DNA of 64,000 nucleotides from Phaeosaccion multiseriatum (lineage: Eukaryota > Protista > Ochrophyta, other classes): positions 1,984,001 to 2,048,000 of the forward strand of contig OZ218965.1 in assembly GCA_965112735.1 (NCBI GenBank), given 5' to 3'. The notes beneath the pieces were generated by a model. The model saw only the letters and a list, made by a program, of their open reading frames with translations, had not been told where the DNA came from and made no database searches. Positions 38,043-51,858 of the stretch are shown here, one piece after another. Position 1 is the first letter of the stretch. Every line of letters begins with the position of its first letter. The translations under genes and the position numbers were made by a program.

Positions 38043-40524
38043 CTACGGAACAAGCTTTACGCGATGCATCTGATCCACCAGCTTCGCCAACTCGTGTGCC
38101 CGGGCCTTGGTGCTCCTGGCACTGTTGCTACCCTCTGCACCGCTGTTCCCCCTCCGCCTCTCCCCTCCGAGCGCCCCGGAAGACGATGCCACAAGCGCCT
38201 GCTCCACCGCCGCCTCCAGAGAGCCGACCACCTTCCGTCGCTTCACACAGGCAAACACAGTCGTGTTGACGTCCTCGCTGCTCGCCTTTAGAGTCAGCAC
38301 CTCGCCCCCTCCTCCTCCTCCTCCTCCTCCTCCTCCTCCTCCGCAGAAAACCTTCGCTACCCTACCGAGGACCTCCTCGTACAGCGCTGTTGATCTGGCG
38401 GCGACGTTGATGATGAGCATGCCCACTTCGGGGTGCAGCAGCTCCTTCACAGAGCCCAGGAAGACCTCTGTCACGAAGCTCTCGGGCGGGCAGCTCATGC
38501 CTACCGTCGTATCCTTGCTGTCCACGTCCAGTATCACCGCGGAGAAGGGTGGCCCTGGCTGCTGCTGCTGCTGCTGCTGTATCACCAACTGCTGCTCATG
38601 CGGCGGCTGCTGCTGCTGTTGCTGCTGCTGCTCCACAAGCTGCTGCACTAGCGCCAGCCCATCCCGCACCACGACCTTCATCTGCCCCACTTTCTCCTCA
38701 GCAACCCCTCCCTCTTGCCCACCACCACCATCATCACCACCAGTTGGTGATGCAGCCGATCCGCCCTTCGCGTCCTCACCACAACTCTCGTCGTCGTCAT
38801 CGGTGAATCCGAACCACTCCTTCGCCAGCCCCACAATCTCCCTGTCGAGCTCGCACACCAGGACGCGCGCCTGCGGGAAGTAGTGCCTCAAGGCCATCGG
38901 CAGCGCGCCCCCTCCCAGCCCGATGACCAAGCAGGTCGGGGCAGGGGGGGGCGATGGAGAATACGACGAGGGCGGTGTCGCTGCTGCCTTCTTCTTCTTC
39001 TGCTGCTGCTGCTGCTGCTGCTGTATCACCAACTGCTGCTGTTTGTAGTACTTTATGTAAGGGTGTCGATCGGAGGCCAAGCTCAGTGCTGCCCCAGCTA
39101 CCATACACTTGTGGTAGTCGAAGCAGAGGTGGCTCGTCAACACGGCGTGCTCGTCCTCTGGGGGTGGCTTGTCCTGCTGTTCCTCCTGCGGCTGCGGCTG
39201 CGGCTGCTGCCGTTGCATGGCCTTCTTCTTCCCCTTGCTCTTCTTTCCTTTCCCACCCTTCTTCCCTCTACCGCCCTTCCTGCCCCTCCCCCCCCCGCCC
39301 CCTGCCCCGCCCTCCAACTCATGGCCAACCCTCCCTCTGAGCATCACCTGCGTCTGTACAACGCCTTGGCTTCTCAGAAACACCAACTGCCGCAGTGTTC
39401 CACCCCCACCGCCTCCAACCTTCCCACCACAACAACCCTTGGTGCTACAGCCGTCGCCGCTGCCCTCTTCCTCGCCCTCCTCGTCCTCCTCGTCCTCCTC
39501 CTCCACCTCCTCCACAACGAACGGCCCGCTGCACTCAAGAACGCCCTCTGCCACAACGCGAGGACCCACTCCCAGCTCGGAGGAAACCGCCATGATGGGA
39601 ATGCCTGAGCCCCCTGTATCACCAACTGCCTTACCGGAGGACGCGTCTGACGAGGCTCGGGGGGCGAAGTAGCCCAACGACTCTGCCAGCTCCTTCTTGA
39701 CGGCCTCGAGATTGGTGTAGTGGTGGCCGCGATTCAAACGCACAGCAATGAGGCGGAGACAGTTGGCGCTGGCTGCGAGGTGGCTCAGGCCCTCTTGACT
39801 CGCAAATGTGTATTCCGCCTCCCTGCCCCGCGGAATGAGCACAACGGCACAGTCAATTGCGGTGCCTGACGGGCTGGAGGGCACGTCCACGATAAACAGC
39901 GTGAAGCGCGGGACCTCTTCTGTCGCTGCCGCAGTCACCATTGCGTCGTCAGCAGAGGTGGCGGAGGCAGCGGTGGTGGCAGCTTCTGAGGTGGCGGCCG
40001 GTGCCCACAGGGACTCTTCCTCGAAGCGGCCGGGGCGAAGGGTGCGTAGGTCAAAGGCACGTTTGTGCGTCTTCTGCGCAAGGTGCTCCAGCTCAAACAG
40101 CGCCTCCCACCCCACCAAGGGGGCGGAGAGGCTCGGTACCGCAGCCCCAAGACTGTCGAAGCAGGCCAGCACCTGCTTGGGCATGGGCCTGTTGTCCCCC
40201 TCTGCTGCATCTGCTGCCGGCGCTGCCTCTGCTGTCTTCCTCCTCCCCACCACCACGAAGGGCAGGTAGGGCGAGGGCGTGTCTGCCTGCACGGCGTGCA
40301 TGTCAACCCCCTCCCAGCCCTTGGCCTCCGACATGCCCTCCAGTAGCGACCGCAGAATGAAGTCCTGCCCCAGGGTCACACACAAATATCTTCCCCCCGG
40401 TCGCAGCACCCTCGCCACCTCGCGTATCATCTTCGCCGCGGCGGATAACACCTCCGCCGAGTCGTCGGAAATCAACGCGTCCATCGCTCCCTATGTGTGC
40501 GTGTGTGTGTGTGTGCGCGCGCGC

Positions 40525-40607
<83 letters not shown>

Positions 40608-41309
40608 CGGGTATGTAAGTTGAGTGTGTGGACGTGTTTGTGAGTTTGTGTGTTAATGTTTAGTCGCGTGTGGGGGGGGGGGGGGTGGCAAGGGTGGATA
40701 GGTAGGGGAAAGAAGCGCAACAGCAACGCGGGCAGGCGAGCGGCCTCTAAGCACCCACGCACCCGCACGCACACCCCCACGCCCACCCCCACCCTATTCC
40801 TTCCGCCGACCCGTACCTTGTCGACAACGACGTCGAAGGATGCGTCCTCGTACCCGTTCATGTCGGTCATGTCCATCACATCCCAGCGCAGGGAGGGCCT
40901 GAGCAGCTTGTGCCTGAGACGCATGTCCTTGATAACCTGCTCCTCGTAGTCCATGCTGCTGACTAAGGGGAAGCCCGAGTCGAACATGTCTGCGGACAGG
41001 CTGGAGTTGCCGCACCCCACCACCAAGATGGCTGCACGGGGAGGAGGAATGGGGTTGTCAGGTTGAGGGCAGGAAAGGGAGGATGGGCGGAGCTGGAAGA
41101 TAAGGGTCTAGGGTGGATGGGTAGGAGGGTCCTGGAATGTCTTATGACTGATTGATTCTCACCTTCCTGGGGTGTGACGAGGGTCTTGAAAAGAAGCTGA
41201 ATGTCCTGCCAGGACCCATACCACTCGAAGGCGTCTTGCCGCTCCTCGAAGAACTGCAGCGGCGAACAAACAGCATACGATACAACATGGTCCAGGTGAG
41301 AGAGAGAGA

Positions 41310-41378
<69 letters not shown>

Positions 41379-41610
41379 AGGGAGAGAGAGAGAGAGAGAG
41401 AGAGAGGCAGGGGGTAGGTCAGGAAGCGGGAGAGGATAGCAGGAGAGATGGCCCTAGGAGTCTGATCAGTAACTCTTGAGGCTGAGGGTGGCAATCACCT
41501 CCTACCGCGGGAAACCTTCCCACGTGCGTTGCACTCACCTCTTTCCAGTACTCCTTGGCCGCAAAGCTCTTGTGATGTTGAGGGAGCAACGAGCTCTGGA
41601 AACTAGACAT
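38043..41610 (-). CDS. METTL13: eEF1A lysine and N-terminal methyltransferase (dual methyltransferase)
   Basis: MSSFQSSLLPQHHKSFAAKEYW, FEWYG, VVGCGNSSLS, FDVVVDK, RVLRPGGRY; second domain LVIGLGGGALP..ELD..ILDVDSKDTTVGMSCPP. Four exons. Confidence 0.9.
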
Positions 41611-42054
41611 GAGAGAGAGGAGACAGAGAGAGGGAGAGAGTGTCCAGCGGCTATACGGAAAGTTGCTGCCACGCTATCGGAGAGGCCGATTCCACCATTG
41701 AAACACTCAAATAGGGGAGGGCGGATCCTCTAAAAACAAGAGGGGAGAGCGGGGCGCCAAAAACACGGCAAACCGAAACTGAAATGACATCCCCCCCTGG
41801 TCCCCTCCTTCCCTCCCCTTTCCTCCCTTCTTTATTCCATGCCCTTGGTTGTGTTGCCATCTCTTTCAAGGGCAAGGCTGCAGCGCGCACCCTTTTCTCG
41901 AGGAGCTCTTCAGCAAAAAGCAGAGCAGAGAGAAGACGCCGCTCCAATCAGACTTATTTAGATTGAGCTCGGGGTGGGGGTTCGGTGGGGCGAGAGGAGA
42001 GAGATAGGAGAGAGATAACAAGAGAAAGCAGAGTGTGAGGATACGAGCGAGAGG

Positions 42055-44826
42055 ATGGACTTTAAAGATTTTTTTGCTAACCTTGGTAAAGCTGCCGATG
42101 CTGCCGCCGCGGCGGACGACGCGGCAGCCGCGGAGAGCGCAGAGAAGACCAGCGGCAGCCAAAAGGGGATTGCTGCTGGGGGCGGCAAGGCGGGGGAAGC
42201 CTCCTCCGTCGCGGGGGAAGAAGCAGAAGGAGAGGGGGCAAGGGTGTTGGAGGGGGCGATGAAACCATCCGCAGTAGTAGCAGCGGTGGCAGGAATGAAG
42301 AGAGCGGCATCACCGGCGTCCTCGTCGTCGTCCGTAGTGGTCGCCATGGGAGGCACAACAGAGGACGGCGGCAGCGGTGGCGTGCGCCTGCAAGGCTTTG
42401 AAGTGCAGTACAACCTACGTAGAGACAGCTCTCGGGTGTTCCGCCAACCGCAATGCGACGCCGTGGCGACCTTGCCAGAGACACCACGGAGAGGCGGGCC
42501 CTGCGGACAGGGCCGACTGATTGCTGCCAACGACAACTTCATTTGCTACGTGATCAAGTCCAACATTCGGTTGATCCACAAGGACGAGGGGGCGCGCGCT
42601 CTGCTGAAGTTTGACGTGGCGGTGGACGGGGTGCCCTTGGACATGGTGCTGTTCACGCCCCCGGAAAATGGCAGTGGAGGGGCGGGGCAGGGACAGCTTT
42701 TGGGAGCAGTAGGGTCGGCAGGTGAGGCATCAGAGAGAGAGAGGGAGAGAGGCAGAGAGAGAGGCGGAATAACAGGCAGGCGGCAGACGGGCAGAGAGAT
42801 TGGGACAGCAGCGGGAGGCGAAGAGAGGAAGGGGCTGCTGCTCGTATCCGTTGGCCGTGCCCCCTTCGTGTCCATCCATGTGCTGCTGCTTGTCAGCAAG
42901 GTGGCTTCTTGCCGCTTGCTCAAGACATGCAACATGCATCAGTGTTGCTCACCAGTATCGCTTCTCCTCCGTGTTTCCCTCTGCCTCGCCTCGCTTTGGA
43001 TTTGATTGAACGACCTGCCTGTGTCCTCGTCCGTCTCGCTCCTCCACACAGGCGAGGTCCTGGTATGGCGGCTGTTTGAGCGCCCCTCAGATGCCGTCAG
43101 TCAGGGCGCCGATCTCATCGGGCACTCTCGCCTGCTGCGCACCACGGGAGCAAGCGCACAGAGGCTGTTGTGGCACCCCCGCTGCAGCCACTGGGCGGCC
43201 ATTATCTCTGGTAGCGAAGTGGTCATTTGCAAGCTTGGCTCGGCCGAGCAGGCAGGGGAGGACGGCGGGGAGGGGGGAGGTAGCGTCAGGGAGCAGGAAG
43301 TGACGGGCCCGAGGTGCAGCGGGCATACCGCGCAAGTCAACGATGCGAGCTTCCACCCCTGCGGCGACTTGTTGTTCACGGCCGGAGAGGACGGCTTTGT
43401 GCGGGTGTGGGACGTTGCCTTCGTTGCAGGGAGTGGCGGCAGCAGCAACAACAGCCCGTCAGTCGCTTGCCTGCTAAAGTTCCAGCCCTCGGAGGGGTCT
43501 GCGGTGCACCGAGTCCTCGTGCCCCTTCCTGCCTGCCCGGACGGCAAGTCGACTACCTCGACGGGCACCGTCCCGCTCATCAGCGGTAGTGCCATGAACG
43601 GAGTGCTCAAGGTGTGGCATGTGGAGGAGCGAACGCAGGCTGTGCTCCAGCAGACGCTGAGTCTTCGAGGCAGCAGCAGCAGCAGCGGCTCGCCCAACCT
43701 CATCTCCCTCGAGCTGGACCCCTCGGGGATGTTCTGCTTCGCCGCTTGCTCGCAAGACAACCTCCTCTATGTTCTGCACCTGCGGGAGAGCATCGGCAGA
43801 AGGCGCAGTACCAGTGGTGCTACACAAGGTGGTGGTAAGGACGACGCCAGCGGCGGTCTGGTCCCGCGGACGCGCTTTGACTACCTTCAGCCCTTCAATA
43901 TTATGTGCCCCATCCTTAGCTGCGTTGTGCTGGCGGCGCGTCCCGACACCCCGTACGGGTACATGGACGAAGAGGAGGTGAGCGAGGAGCTCCACGCCCT
44001 GTGCGTGCAGACCAAGCCGGTGCAGATATACAAGTTCCCCAAGAGCGACCTCTACCCGGGGGCCGATGGCAGTGGAAGGACTCGCAGCGTCAGCCCCCCT
44101 CCTCCTCTCTCTGTCTCTACTGTTACTGCTCCTGCTGCTGTGGAGGCAGGAAGTGGAGGAGAGGTAGGTGAGGAGAAGGAGGCAGGCGGCGATGCAGCAG
44201 CAGTAGCAGCTCCACCAGCCCCTGAAGAAGCATCCAACGGGCCCCTTGCCCTGCTCCAGAGACCTCCTTCCGTGCTGCTCACTCCGGGTCTGCTCGCGGG
44301 TGGGGGCACAAGAGAAGGAGCAGAGCAAGGAGGGGCGGGGAGGGGGGCTGGTAACCAGGCCTCCGCCGCCGGAGAGGGGGCAGAGGAGAGCACACAGCAG
44401 CAGAACCAACAGCCGCAGGAGCATCAGCAGCAGCAGTTGGTGATACAGCAGCAAGACCGGCAGCAGCAGGTGGCCTCCGTGTCAGTGTCTGAAGAGCAGC
44501 AGACGGTGGGGGTCAACACCACGGAGCAGGCGGCGCAGAAGCGAACCGAGTCCAAGGAGGGGGCTGCTGGGGAGCCCTCCTCCAGCGGTGCTGCCTCGCT
44601 TATGGCCATGCTCAACATAGGAGGAGGAGGTGGTGGGGATGGAGGTGGCGGGAGTGGGGATGTGAGTAGGAGTAGCAACACCGATCAGGAGGAGCTGCAC
44701 AGCGGTGCATCGAGCGGTGCCGCTACCGTCAACGGCCTTCCCAGTAGCAGCAGCAGCAGCGGCGGCGGCGGGCGGGGGGTGAGCTCGAGTGGGGACAATG
44801 CCACAGGGCAGGGTAGCAGAGACGAA

Positions 44827-44858
<32 letters not shown>

Positions 44859-44863
44859 GCAAG

Positions 44864-44942
<79 letters not shown>

Positions 44943-45806
44943 GCATCAACAGCAACAGCAACAGCAACAGCAGGTAATGGGACAGCACAGACCGACTAGG
45001 TCCAATAGCGGCAGCAGCACCACTGTCGGTGCCGCGATGGTCCCTCCTGGGGTGACTGTCAACCACAGCGCGACAATGGCCTTGTCGGTGCTCATGGGGC
45101 TCGGCGGAGACGCTCCAGTCGCATCATCGCCTTTGCCTACGCTACCGCCGCCACCACCGCCACCGTCACCAGCACTAGCAGCGGCAGCGACAGCAGGAGG
45201 AGGAGCATCAGTGGCAGGCGTGGTAGCAGCACCAGTAGCGGCAGCAGGGGGGGGAGGAGGAGGAGCAGCGGGATCTCTAGCTTCATCAACACCGCCAGGC
45301 TTACAAGCAGACGTGCAGCAGCAGCAGCAGAAACGGGCGACTGGGACTGGTTCTTCGTCTCGCTCCTCCGCTCCCCAGCAGAAGCAAAGGGACGCTTCAA
45401 GCTCCACTGCCGCAGCGGTGGCAGCAGCAGTTCTGCCAGCAGTGCCGGCACTTGTGCCAGCGAAAAAGGCAAGTGAAAGAAGAAAGTCGAAAACAGCCGC
45501 GGCAGCAGTAGTAGCATCGGCCACAGGTGCTGGAAAGGCGGATGCCTCTCCATCCTCAGCGACCGCCGCCACTGCTGCCCCTGGCGGGGTGGCGAAGGCG
45601 CTGGCAGATGCGATTTCATCACGGATAGAAGACTTGCTGCCCCAGATGGAGAGCAGCATCGCCGCAAGGTTTGCGGAGATGCAGGCTCTGCAGGCTCAAC
45701 AGTTCGACGGCCAGCAGCGCCTCATCAAGCGCATCCAGCAGCAGCAGCAGCAGTCACAGCAGCAGCTCCAGCAGCAGCTCCAGCACCAGCACCAGCACCA
45801 GCAGCA

Positions 45807-45840
<34 letters not shown>

Positions 45841-46575
45841 GCAGCAGTCGCCCCGCAGGAGCAGGCCCAAAGGAGCCCGACACAGGAGGCCCAAATCCGA
45901 CCCGAAGCTCTCCAGGCGATGGTCTCGGCCGCATTCCAGGAGCAGCAGGCAGGCTTGGTGCAGGACATTGCCAACGCCACCCCTGGAGCCGTGGAGCAGG
46001 CGGTGCAGCAGCCCGTCCATGCAGCCGTAGCCGAGTGTTTCCGAGAGCAGGTGGTGCCGGCGACGCAGGCTGCCGTCAACGTGATGCTGCAGCAGGTGGG
46101 AGGGCACATTCAAGAGGGGCTGCAGCGTTCCCAGGAGATGGTCATGAAGCAGAACGAAAGCGTGGCAACGGACGTCGCTCAACTCAAGCGCCAGATGGAC
46201 GCTCTCCACGCCTCCTTGACACTCCTGGTGGGTGATGTTTCTCAGCTCAAGACAGCGTTGGACAACCTTGCCACTCAGGCGGCGACCGGTCCGGCTGGAA
46301 GCGAGATGGCTCGGCAACACCCTGCTGTGGCGGCAGCGGCGGCGGTGGGGACATCCGGGGTGGCACGAGCCCTCTCTGGCAGCCCTACCGTTGGGAGCAG
46401 CGGAAGCCTCAGCGGGTTGCTGCCGATGGGAGGCGTGGGAGTGACGAGCAGCAGCGGTGCCTCAGCCGCGGCACCCATCGCGACCATGTCTAACGGGCTG
46501 TCTAACATGTCTAACATGTCTAACGGGCTCTATGGGGGCGGGGACGACGAGCGCGCTTCCCAGGCTCTGCAACAC

Positions 46576-46618
<43 letters not shown>

Positions 46619-46728
46619 TCCGTCGGCAGCGCCAACAGGACCTCATGCGGCAGGAACACATGCTGCAGCAGCAGCAGTTGGCGGCACAGCAGGAGGCCGC
46701 CCTCGCCAAGCAACGACAGCAGGAACAA

Positions 46729-46789
<61 letters not shown>

Positions 46790-47235
46790 TGCAGCAACAG
46801 CCCACGCTGCTGGTGCGAGAGTTGCAGAGCTACTTGAAACGCGGAGAGTATAACCAAGCCATGAGCAGGGCTCTGTCCGAGTCCAGCCTGCCCGACGTGC
46901 TGTGGGTATGCCGGCAGGCAGATGTGGGGAGAGTGAGCAACTTCAGCCAAGGTGTGCTGCTCTGTTTAATACAGCAGCTCGGAGCCGAACTGACGGTGGA
47001 GCTGGATATCAAGTTGTCCTGGCTGCATCACTGCCTGGTCTATCTCAAGCCGGACGACGCTCAAATCGCCTCGCACACTCGCGGCGTGCTGCTGCAGCTG
47101 CTCAGCAACCTCAATGCCAAGCGCACAGTCATGATAAGGAGCGGGGGGGCGGAGCTGCAGCAGGGGGCGCGTCTCGCCAGTCTGGAGATGCTTCTCAGCA
47201 CTACACAACGCATCGTCTCCTCTGTGCAGGGGTAG
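42055..47235 (+). CDS. EDC4: Enhancer of mRNA decapping 4 / VARICOSE-like (WD40 N-terminus, low-complexity/polyQ middle, conserved C-terminal helical domain)
   Basis: GRLIAANDNFICYVIK..IRLI..RALLK; WHP; WD repeats; C-terminal GEYNQAMSRALS...SQGVLLCLIQQLGAEL..KLSWL. Intron 42722-43051. Confidence 0.8.
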
Positions 47236-47412
47236 GGAGGCGTGGGCGTGTTTGATGCTCGGTTGGAGCAAGGGTATTACAGTTACAAGTTGGGTGAGTC
47301 CGTGATTATTTAATTTTTAAATTTTTAAATTTCCTGCATCAGCTTTGGGTTTGCCAAAGGGTGTGGGCAGACGGCTTTTTTTTTTGGTGCCCATAATGCT
47401 AGTATATTATTA

Positions 47413-49060
47413 TTAGGGGACTGCTTGGCACGAACTGTTCCAGGCCAGCACCAATTCTTCCACACGCACTCGCCCCACCCGCCATCCCCCTCCACATGAC
47501 GGGGTACCGTGTCTCTCCTCCTCCTCCTCCTCCTCCTCCTCCCTCTGCAGAGTGACTGTGCAGTAGCGCCCGGTTCCTCGCAAGCTCGGTACGTTCACAA
47601 TGCGGGTCCTCCCCACCACACCCTCACCCCTCACCCCGTCTTCCGCCGCAACCCATCCCCCGCCGTCCCCGTCCCCGTCCCTATGCTTACTACTACTGCT
47701 GGTGCTGATGCTCCCACTGCTGCGTTTGCTAGGAGGAGGAGGAGGAGGAGGAGGAGGCGGCGCCACCCCTGCTCCGAGCGCCGTTCCGGTGGTAAAGTGC
47801 AGAATGGCAGCCCGCTGGCAGACGGCAGACTCCCAGAAGCCCTGCAGCCAAGAGTTCACCTGGTCCTCCTCGCCAGTCAATGGTGGTCTCGACCACGCCC
47901 GTACGGAGGAGCATAGAATGCCTGACACCATGCCGCCCGCTGCCCCTCCCCCTGTCCAAACCTGTACGGCAGCCTTGCACACGCTGTCAAGACTGTCCAC
48001 CACATGCGCGTTGGCCTCTTCCCCTTTGTAATTGGCCTGTCTGTAGTCAATGGGCGAGTCCTCAGCATAGCCCAGCACCTGCAGGCCCTCGCACAGCCGC
48101 AGGGCTCTCCGGTGCATGTTCTTGCTGTTCGCAGTCAGCCGAGGGGGCTCGAAGTATAAGGCTGCTTCAGCGTCCTTTGAAGCGGCGCTGGTTTGTCCGG
48201 CGCTGGCGCTGCTGCTTCCACTGCCGCAGCCAATGTTACTTGGAATGAAGAGACGGCCCGTCTGGGCCTTGCTGCTACACCTTCCTGTGTTTGACTTTGT
48301 CACTTGTCTCTCCCACGCGGTTGGCATGATCACGTCGTCAGGGTCTGGAACGTAGACAACTGAGGGAACAGAGAGAGACAGCGGGGGGGGGGTGCTGAGC
48401 GAACAGAGAGGGAGAGCGGGGGGGAGGTGCCGCCAATCAGCCGGGGGATGGGGGCGGCTTCTCGGCATGAGCACCACTTCCTCTTCCCCTCCATGCGCGC
48501 CCCCGCGAACGGAACGCACCTCTGCAGACAATGTTCTCCAGCAGAGCAAGAACTGAAGTCATCTCTCCCTCTCGCGCGGCCCTCTCCTCCATGGATAGGG
48601 GGGAGACAGGACGGGAAGCTTCCCGCTCCGCAGCCTCCCGCTCCTCCTCCCTCCACCTCCACAGTTCTGCCTTCATCGAAGCTTCATACTCGCTGGGCTC
48701 TTCTTTCACCTCCTCCTCCGCCTCTGACATGGGCATCACATCTTGGGCATCGCTTTCACCCCGGCGCCAAGGCCAGAAGTGCGAAGGCGGAGGCTTACAT
48801 TCTCCAATCCTACCCACCACTACGCAGATATCGAAGGCCCGACTGTCTCTCAGGCACCGTTCCACCAAGTGTGTCGCAGCCTAAATGGCGTGGAAGACAA
48901 GTCCCCGCCGAGCAAGGGAGGAAGGGGGGTTGAGGAAGGGGAGCAGTGCCGAGACAGAGGGAAGGAGAGAAAGGCTAACGCAGCGTACCTGCATGTTTAC
49001 ATCGCTTAGAGCGAGAATATCCAGCTTGCGTAGCGCCAATCCACCTGCTTCCCGCGCCAT
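47413..49060 (-). CDS. Calcineurin-like metallophosphoesterase-fold protein, probably degenerate
   Basis: Spliced ILALSDVNMQ|AATHL..FDICVVVGR..LLENIVCR|VVYVPDPDD..PRLTANSKNMH. Motif spacing fits the fold but the metal ligands are altered. Confidence 0.5.
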
Positions 49061-49208
49061 GTCTTCCCTAACGGAGCCGCAATACCTTTTGCTCAAATCG
49101 ATATCCAAGTGTCGCACAAAATATGTCAACGAATTTCGATTTTCAGATTTTTGATGCTGTGCTGGTGTGGGCTTATCAAACGGCGGCCGTGATACAAGAG
49201 CAGCGAGC

Positions 49209-51858
49209 ATGAAGGTGAGTTGATCGAGTTTACAATGCGTGGTCTGGCAGACAGAATGGCAGCCGGTACTGAGGGAGGCACGCAGCGGAAGGGGCGAAGT
49301 AGCAACATCGTCAAACGTCAGAAAACAGGAGGCACAGAGCCAAGAAGAAAAATGGAGAGGATGAGCACGAACAGGAGTAGACCACGTCATGAAAGGCTAG
49401 GGAGGTGAAGCGCTGCACGTGAGGAGAGGGCAGGGTGGGGACCCCGAGTGGCCCCACTCTGAGCGGATAAGAAGGGCTCTACTAAAAGGCCGCGGGAACC
49501 CTTGCATACGGCTGTCCTGTGACCAGACGCCGTCTGCTGCTACTGCCCCCTACCACTGTGCGCTCCGTATCCCCTCAGGCCTGTGCGTTTCTAGCGGCGG
49601 CCGTGCTGAGCTCGGCCGCGCTGGTTTCCGAGGCGTTCGCCCCTTCCTTTAGCTTCGTCCCCACACCCTCCACACACGCATCAGCAGCAGCGCGGCAGCA
49701 GCATGCGCCGCTGCAGCACTTGTCCTCACAGGCAAGCGGCCGGTCCTCCCCGTTGGCCTTGTCCACGCTCTCTACTGCCCCCCCTCCTCGCTCTGGTGCT
49801 GTGACTCGGGCCCCCACCATGGCCATCTTTGGTGGGGCGAGGAACCGGCTGGCAGCGGCGGCTCTGGCCGTTCCCAGCATTGTCATCAGCCCCACCGTGA
49901 AAAAGGTGGCCGTGGCAGTCGCCGCAGTCGCCGCAGTCGCCGTCGTGGGCTCCAAGGTGGTGAAGCTGCTGGACACGCCGTCTCGACCCTACGACCGAGA
50001 GGCCAACAGCGTGGGCAAGGAATACGACGCGTGGACGGAGGAGGGCGTGCTGGAGGAGTACTGGGGGGAACATGTACACCTGGGCTACTACACCGAGGCC
50101 GAGAGGAAGAAGGGCTACGTGTGGAAGGACTTCATCGGAGCCAAGTACGACTTCATCGTGGAGATGATGAAGTGGGGACAGGTGGATGAGAACGCCGCGG
50201 GGGAGAAGCGCAACCCTGCCACGGTGCTCGACGTGGGGTGTGGCGTGGGCGGGACCTCGCGCTACCTCGCCAAGGCCTTCGGGAAGGGCACCAAAGTGAC
50301 GGGGATCACTCTCTCCCCCAAACAAAAGGCGAGAGCGGAGGAGCTTGCCAAGGAGCAAGGGGTGCCCAACGCCGAGTTTCGAGTGCTGGATGCCCTTGCA
50401 ATGGACTACCCGGATAACTCGTTCGACCTTGTGTGGGCGTGCGAGAGCGGAGAGCACATGCCCGACAAGAAGAAGTACGTGGAGGAGATGGCACGCGTGC
50501 TCAAGCCGGGCGGGCGCATGGTCATTGCTACCTGGTGTCAGAGAGACGAGGCCACCCAGCCCCTGTCCGACGACGACAAGAAGAAGCTCGACTTTCTGTA
50601 CAGCGAGTGGACGCACCCGCACTTCATTAGCATCGAGGACTACGGCCGCCTCATGGAGGGCACCGGCGTGCTGGACAAGGTGGAGCTGGACGACTGGGCC
50701 AAGGAGACCATTCCCTCGTGGAGGCACTCCATTGTCGTGGGCATTCAGCGCCCGGTGGGCTGGCTCAAGCACGGACCTCGTATCTGGTGGAAGTGCTGCA
50801 AGGACGCGTGGTGTCTGGAGCGGATGCACCAGGCCTTTGTCGCCGACCCGCCACTCATGCAGTACGGAATGATGAAGGCCACGAAAAAGGCGGGCGCTAT
50901 TCGGGGAGGGCAGGCGGCGGTGCAGCAGCTCGTGGACAAGGGAAAGGCGGGTAGTGACGCTGCTGCTGCTAACGCCGCGGGCAGTGCATGGGCCCGCGAT
51001 GTGCTCAAGAAGGGGGAGGACGCAAGCAAGGGGAAGGCGGCCACCCTCGACGCTGTGAAGGAGAAGGACGTGTCCACGCCCAAGGCACCCTCCCTCGATG
51101 ACGTCAAGGAGGGCGTCTCCAGCCCCAAGGCCCCATCCCTCGACGGGCTGAAGAAGGGTGTCGATGGGTTGAAGAAGGACATTCCTACCGCGAAGGCGCC
51201 TTCCGCCGACGGGCTGAAGGGTGTCGATGGGTTGAAGAAGGACATTCCTACCGCGAAGGCGCCTTCCGCCGACGGGCTGAAGAAGGGTGTCGATGGGTTG
51301 AAGAAGGATATTCCTACCGCCAAGGCCCCTTCCGCCGACGGCCTGAAGAAGGAGGTTCCTCTCGCTGATATCAAGGAGGTCATGACCACCCCCAAGGTCA
51401 AGGTTCGATCCCCCGACAGCCTCAAGAAGGAAGGCAAGGACATGATGGCCAAAGCGGATCAGGCGGCAAAGGAGGCGCTGGAGGATGCGAAGAAGCTAGC
51501 AGAGGCTCAGGTGGAGAAACTGGCTCAGGCCAAGGCAGCCGAGAAGAAGAAGGGAAAGGTGGCCATGGGGCCTGAGGAGAAGGCCGAGATGCTGCAGAAG
51601 AAGCTGGATGAAGCAGCAAGGCAGCAGCTGCAGAAGAGGGTGGATGAAGCCAGCAAGGTCGCTGCAGAGAAGAAGGCTAAGGTGGAGGCTTTGGCCAAGG
51701 ACAAGGCGGATAAAGCGGCCGCATCAGCTCAGAAGACAGTTTCATCATTTTCATCGGCGGGCAAGAAGGCAAGCAAGAAGGCAAGCAAGACAGGTAAAGA
51801 GGCTGCCGCTGCTCTGCAGAAAAAGAAGGATGGTCTGCAGAGCAAGAAGAAGCCTTGA
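49209..51858 (+). CDS. Plastid-targeted cyanobacterial-type MPBQ/MSBQ (tocopherol/plastoquinone pathway) SAM methyltransferase with Lys/Ala-rich repeat tail
   Basis: 6-nt first exon ATGAAG|GTGAGT (49209-49214), acceptor 49578, giving MKACAFLAAAVLSSAALVSEA|FAP. Motifs EYDAWTEEGVLEEYWGEHVHLGYY, VLDVGCGVGG, FDLVWACESGEHMPDK, RVLKPGG. Confidence 0.85.
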
